Source: Xylographa opegraphella (taxonomy: Eukaryota). Taken from it: a stretch of DNA of 54,759 nucleotides. The notes under the pieces were generated by a model. The model had not been told where the DNA came from and did not search any database. It worked only from the letters and a program-made list of their open reading frames with translations. The position numbers and the translations under genes are program-made. The stretch lies in the NCBI GenBank assembly GCA_022813865.1, contig JALDZX010000027.1, positions 248,001 to 302,759 of the forward strand. Direction: 5' to 3'. This document shows positions 48,866 to 54,759 of the stretch, piece by piece (the first letter of the stretch is position 1; every line of letters begins with the position of its first letter).

Positions 48866-50304
48866 ATGTCTGCTCCTCCGCCCAGCTACGGTCAAAGTGC
48901 CTCTGCCCAAGCGGGCGGCTACTTCCCTCGTGAGGCTTGCTGCTCCGCGGTTTCTGAGAGACAATGGCTGATCTAATCTCCAGCTCCCTCAGAAGGTCGA
49001 ACGTACCAACCCCGTAGGATACCAATCCCGAGGAATAATAATCCTCCACAGCACAGTCGTTGATTTTCTATAGCCCAGCAAGTTTACCCTCCCCCGCCGT
49101 CCTCCTCTCCCGGTCAGCAATCACAGTCATATTACCCTCCTCCGCCAGCTCAATCCCCTCCCGCTTCACAGGCCAACTATCCTCCTCCCCCTCCTGCGCA
49201 GCCCTCTGGCAATGGCTACCGCATGTCATTCCAGCCGCTCCAGTCCTCGCCCTCTCTCCAGACTGTCCCGGCCTCAGCTCCACCCACTCAAACCCACTTT
49301 CGATTTCCCCCAGAAACAGCGCCGACCCCTCCTCCTTCTGGCGGCGAGGTCGGCTCCCATGCCCTTTACGCCCAACCCACACTATCGGTGACAGAAGCGC
49401 TCGATGATAACAATCCCGTCAACATGCCCGGCGGCGCACCCGTTGCTGCGCATTTCACGGGCACAACCACCGCCCAGGACGACGTGGGGACGTTCAATGG
49501 CGGTAGCTTCCGCATCAGCCATCGCGACTGTAACACCATCTTAACGATGCAGCTGGCCATGGGTTGCCCACTCGTCTCCAAGCCCGGTAAGTAAAACGCT
49601 CTGCTGTGAACACTCGCCTCCACCTATCTTGCGACCTCGCCGCTGACGCAGCCCTCTCGATAGGCATAATGATTGCCATGTCCCCTACGATCACTCTCAA
49701 AGGTAGCGTCAGATTCTCCATGAAGAAGCTCGTCGCTGGGGGCGAGATGACGCACTCCACCTTCACCGGCCCCGGCGAATTGCTCTTCGCGCCGCCCACA
49801 CTCGGCGACATCACAACGCTGCGCCTGAGCGGCAAGGAGACATGGAACGTGGGCAGAGACGCGTTCATGGCCGCCACGCAGGGCGTCGTCAAGGACTACA
49901 AGCGCCAGGGGCTGGGCAAGGCCATGTTCTCCGGGGAAGGGCTGTTCGTCTACAAAATGAGTGGCGTGGGCCTCCTATGGATATCCAGTTTCGGCGCCAT
50001 CATACGCAAGGATGTAAGTGGTCCCACGTGCTCTCAGAGTCCCATTCGCTGCAAATTCAGGGTGCTTTACTCACCGGAGACATAGCTGCAAGACGGCGAG
50101 CGGTATATCATCGACAACGGCCACCTGGTGGCGTGGAATTGTCCTTATGTGCTGGAGCGTGTGGCGAGCGGAGGCATCATCTCGGGCATTGCGTCGGGCG
50201 AAGGCTTGGTGTGTAAGTTCACCGGGCCGGGCACGGTTTTCCTGCAGACGAGGAATCCCACGGCCTTTTCGGCCTATCTTTCTACGCACGTGAACGCTAT
50301 GTAG
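48866..50304 (+). CDS. AIM24/DUF124-family protein with Pro-rich N-terminus; exons 48866-48929, 48984-49013, 49074-49586, 49664-50013, 50086-50304
   Basis: [69 protein letters not shown]; first two small exons are tentative but in frame. Confidence 0.87.
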
Positions 50305-50607
50305 TTGGGGGGAAATTTTGGGGAATTGGGCTGTGGTTTCTAGAACATGATCTGTCGCATCTCTTACTCGGGATGGTTCGTACGGTGTGGCTGAGAACGG
50401 AACAGGATGGACCTGGAAGGCGAGTGTGACAATCACGCTCAACGTTTATCAGGTATATCATAATGAGCATCAGTAGGATATTTTCCAACGTCTTCTAGCA
50501 TGGAGAGGTCTGAAAGTGACAGCGCCGTGAAAACCTGCTCTCAATGGTATCTCAGAAATATTATTAAAATCCCCTTCCCGTCGCGTCCAACTTCGAGCCC
50601 AAATCAC

Positions 50608-51002
50608 TCAGTCGGACCGATTATCATTGTCACTATCACTGCTGCTGCCGCCACTGTTCTTCTTCAGCCCTAGTCCCAAGCCCAAGCCCAGCGCCAGCGC
50701 GATCACGACCAAGGCTACCAGCGCCGCGATCAGGGCTTTGATCTTCGTCGCGCGGTCGTAGGCCTTGTGGCCCTTGCGGCCGGCGTCGACGCCCTTCTTG
50801 GCCTTCTTCGTGCGATCGATCGCCGTGGCGTGGTCATCTGCCTGCCAATTAGGGGAATTAGCAGGTGAAGAAGAGGGAGAAGGATATCATCGGGTGGAGG
50901 ATGAGGGCGTGGTGAACGGAACGGAAAGGGGAGGGAAGGGCGTGGGGTCACACCTACGGCTGCTTCTAAATCGTGCATCTTCGTTCCTGCGTGGTCGGCC
51001 AT
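50608..51002 (-). CDS. Small single-pass membrane protein (~93 aa), hypothetical; one intron (~50825-50957)
   Basis: MADHAGTKMHDLEAA spliced (GTAGGT...CTAAT...CAG) to ADDHATAIDRTKKAKKG...KIKALIAALVALVVIALALGLGLGLGLKKN; GC3-rich codons in exon 2. Confidence 0.55.
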
Positions 51003-53392
51003 CTTTTGTGAGGTAATTTACCTTCCGCCGCTGCTGGAGGGTGGAGTCGAGGAGTGAGGGTTGATGGGCGTGGACGGATAGAACGGAGGGATTCCGGTTT
51101 GGAGACTTCAATTATCGAGGAGGAGGAGGCAGATTACTGGTCTGGCAAAAGGAGTGAAGGTCGTTGGCCGGGGACAATCGACAGGTACAAGTAGTTGTGA
51201 AGAACGATCAGATTTTTACTTGCTTTGGGGGCATGCGTGTAACCGACTGCGCGCCGTGGGTTGTCCTGCGCTTTTCGCAGTCGATCCGGTACGGTCGCTG
51301 AACGAGCCTTTGCCATGACGAGTTCTGCTTGGCTTTTTTGCTTGGAAGAGGAAAGCGTATCTTGGACATGATGTGGCCTCCTGAGTGTGGAGATGCCGAC
51401 CCTTCCAGCAAGCGGTGCTGTCCAGTTGGGAGCGTCGATCGTTGCTCTATACGATATTTTCTAGTCTCAAGCGATCACGTGCGCAGATTGTGGTTAACTC
51501 CGAGTGGTCTGCTTTCGAGCATTCGACCCACTCTCGAGCTTCTCTGGGGTAGGGCATACAGATTTATGATAAAGGCATTGTTGGTCTATAAAGATCGTAT
51601 GGTTTGATGTCTTCGTCTTCCTCAGCTCTGTTCCTCGTTTCTGCTTTCTGTTTAAATAGGCACCTCATTTCGATACATGTGAGAGTCACCTAGCTACATT
51701 ACTGCATCGATACAGGCGCTGATTTTTTTCTTCGGGAGAAGTTTACGTTATTTATGCCTCGAACGGCAGCTGTTTGATCTCATCCTGTGATTCATTGGCA
51801 TGTCCTTTCCACTCGGGTTTTGCCCACCTTCACCCACGGCTATAGGGTCTCCCCTAAGCTTTGCTCCCCGTGGTAGATTTCACTTGCACACTGCAACGGA
51901 TATAACCCAAGATGGCGAGGAGTAATCGGCAGCCTGAGAGCATTACATGCGAGGTGCGCGATATAGCGCCAGACCCGTGGCGCGGCTCCGGAGTCGACTT
52001 GAAAGATCGACTTTCAGTGGAACTGGTGGACCCGAAGACTTGAAAGGCTGTCTCCGGGCCTGGCTGGATGAACCTCATAACGGTGACCAGAGGTCAACGG
52101 TTGCATCTTCCACCCGACGCATCTTTTGCAACCAGTCCTTCTCTGAGAGAGACGCAATCCTCAACGAAACGACTTTTAGCATGACAGCGCTCTCGGCAGA
52201 ACGACTCTCGGCCAACTTTGGCATCTGCGTGACTATGCTCATATGGCCCGAAGAAGGCCTGCGCTGTAACAGCGTTGGACTGGAGGTCTGTGAAGAATCA
52301 ATATGTGAACAAAGATCAAAAGCTCCATGGTAAGGAAAGAGTCAAGACTGGACAAAAAGCTTAGATACTCCCAGAGCAGCCTGTATGAGGTTCGATACTG
52401 TATTCCCTTGGCAGAGCTCCACAGACTGAGTGTGCCCACGATACTCACAGTGCCCTTCATAACCCGGGTTCGTAGCTATCATCTCACCGTGTCTCCAACA
52501 TCCTCGGGGTGCGCTGGCGACTTCTTAGCCTGCGGTTCTCAAGGTTGTTTTATGTCGCTCGAGCCCGAGTAGCTTCCAGAACCGAAAGTCCTTTCTTCTG
52601 ACGTTTTAATACATGGTTTCCAAGGCCATTGTCACCATTGGTGCTGACGGCGATTGGGTTAAAAGTAAACAACTTTTACTCTACCCAGTTTGATATGTTG
52701 ATATACAATATAATTTTGCTGTAATCTTCGACTATCACTGGGTTGAATAGATTGCTTGTGGAACTGTAAGGTAGTGTGATCCCACCCCTTGTCTGACACC
52801 CGTTATTGACGCGTCACAGGTCACACTACCTCACTGATCGGCCCGGTGGGCTGAACCCTTTCGCCAAGACTTAATAATATGCCAAGACAGTTCTGCCGAT
52901 CGACAGCAAAACCGCAAGCGAGCAAAACAGCCCGACCAGCTAAGTCCGAATGAGGCTGTGTGTCCTCGAAGCGAAGCAACCATCAGCGCTAAGAGTTCTT
53001 CTCATTCGTACGTATCGCAACGATGAGCTGGCGCGTTGAACCATAGGTGAATTGGATAAGGTACAATAATGGTATTAAAAATGCGGTGAGAGAGGTGAGA
53101 GAGCACTTCGAGAAGATCGAATCCCTGGCTCAACCCTAGTTAGCTCCCACCGAGATAAAATGCCTCAGTACGCCCTGAGCGTTACTGTCACGAGACTTTC
53201 ATGCAATGGCCATCGGGCGAGACCTCGCTTCTAAATTGACTCACTCTTCTAACGGCCTTTATCAAGAATGAACTGTCCCGATCTCTGCGAAAGTGCAGCA
53301 CATGGTGCTCAGGCTGTTCATGAGTGTGATAATCCTCACTTGAAAAACCCAGTCACAGCTTAATTGGTCACCCAGACTGCCATCTAGTCGTG

Positions 53393-54591
53393 ATGGCCAC
53401 AGATCCCAATGGTCAGCTTCCAAGTTACAACCGCAATTGGCATCGCCTTCGAGCTGATGAAGTGAACAGTCTACAGTTTTTACCCGTACATGCCCAGTCA
53501 TGTTCTTCCTGTCCTTTTCGCCGTCCTCATCGGTCTCTCCTTATCCTTCCACGTGTACCAGAACTTGTAAGACTTGCTAATCTGGCGTGTACATAAATGC
53601 TATGGTTCGGGCCCGCTGATAAGTCCCCCGCAGCCGCTACAGCTACTGGCACATCACCTTCTTCATGTTCTATGGTGGAGTTATCTTCATGACTGGCTGG
53701 GTCTTCCGAGCCGTCAGCGCCAATCACCAGCAAAATCTAGGATTCTATATCGCCCAGATCGTCCTCATTCTCTGCGGCCCGCCCGTTTACGCTGCGGCCG
53801 AGTATAATATCCTTGGTCGACTGATGCACTACCTTCCCATGCACGCGCCCCTCAATCCCAGTCGCGTCTTCTTCTTTTTCATCTATCTTGGTGCTCTGGT
53901 AGAGACGATGACAGGGGTTGGCGCTGGGCAGCTTGCCGGTGGTGATCTGAAATCGCCTCGGCATCGAATCGGTGGCACACTTATTGCCGTCGCTCTGGTC
54001 CTCCAAGCCGCAGTTGAGGTCACGTTCATGGCTTTTGTGACCCTCATCTATTACCGTGCCCATAAGGCCCGTATGCTCTCGAAGAATGTGCGCACCATCT
54101 GCATCATGCTTTACTGCACTTCCTCCCTCATCCTTCTTCGTTGCATTTTTCGGGCCGTGGAGGCCTTTGAGAGCTACGGCGCTTCTTGTGATTCGTATAA
54201 TTGCGGTACCATTGCCAATAATGAGTGGTACCTCTACGCTTTCGAATCCGCGCCCATGGTCGTCTACACTTTCTACCTTAACGTCATCCACCCGGGTCGG
54301 TTCCTACCCATAGAGCATCGGCGCTATTTGGACTTGGACGGCACGACCGAGCGTATGGGTCCCGGGTGGATTGACGAGCGGTCCAAATGGAAGACATTCC
54401 TAGACCCCTTCGACGTCAAGAATGCGATCCGTGGTCGCAGTGAACACGTTCAGTTCTGGAAGAGGCCCGGGGAATGGCCGGTGTGCGAGGACGGTAGTTT
54501 CGCACTCGGTACCGCCACCAATATTGGCAAGTCGAGTAAACTAGGGAGGCAGAGGAATGCCAGGAGGGGAGAAGCCGAACTTGCGGCATGA
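53393..54591 (+). CDS. RTA1-like / lipid-translocating exporter family membrane protein; exons 53393-53411, 53470-53566, 53634-54591
   Basis: FYPYMPS, PPVYAAAEYNILGRL, ALVLQ, LILLRCIFRAVE, EWYLYAFESAPM, HPGRFLP; about 7 TM helices. Confidence 0.9.
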
Positions 54592-54759
54592 GGGCGAGGA
54601 GGTAGCGCAACACACCGGTTCGGTGTAGCGTTAGTAGTCGGCGCGAGGCGATGATGGTCTCGTTTGTACAATATTTGTAGGGGTAAAGAAACCATATAAC
54701 GTCCATCCCTGGGTCGCGGAAAACCCACCGTGCCGCAAAATTTAACGGGTACTTGCACT

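Noticed and set aside
50383..50425. GGTG...CTGAGA...ACCTG resembling a TPP riboswitch
   Set aside because: Lacks the remaining conserved elements (ATACC, GATAATGC, AGCG) and the adjacent gene is unrelated to thiamine
51854..52572. Overlapping short ORFs
   Set aside because: No coherent gene model or family motif on either strand
1..54759. Transposons, CRISPR arrays, rRNA
   Set aside because: No transposase or RT motifs, terminal repeats, spaced repeat arrays or rRNA signatures seen; the sequence is fungal nuclear DNA

Overview
Eukaryotic, filamentous ascomycete (Pezizomycotina-type) genomic DNA with about 24 protein-coding genes. Most contain short GT-AG introns with CTAAC/CTGAC-type branch points; I reconstructed them by hand from splice signals and reading-frame continuity. 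Housekeeping genes (GET3, HAS1, an XRCC2-like Rad51 paralog, SOM1, TAF8, eIF2-beta, an AIM24-family gene) flank a more accessory-looking middle. Main points: (1) an ~1738-aa membrane-bound NRPS-like enzyme with an acyl-CoA-ligase-type A domain, a T domain and three Pls-type C-like/beta-helix modules, a candidate polyester/polyamide (polymalate-type) synthetase; (2) an ~977-aa secreted modular protein with a permuted-papain-like His/Cys domain, a hydrophobic helical segment and a beta/gamma-crystallin-like tail, resembling an AB-type toxin; (3) a membrane-anchored caspase-fold protein; (4) a GC-rich, tRNA-like structured element with a B-box and T-run terminators that does not fold as a canonical tRNA; (5) a GC-AG intron in HAS1, a frameshifted MYND gene, and a 66-bp divergent gene pair. 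All family assignments come from motif recognition, not database searches.
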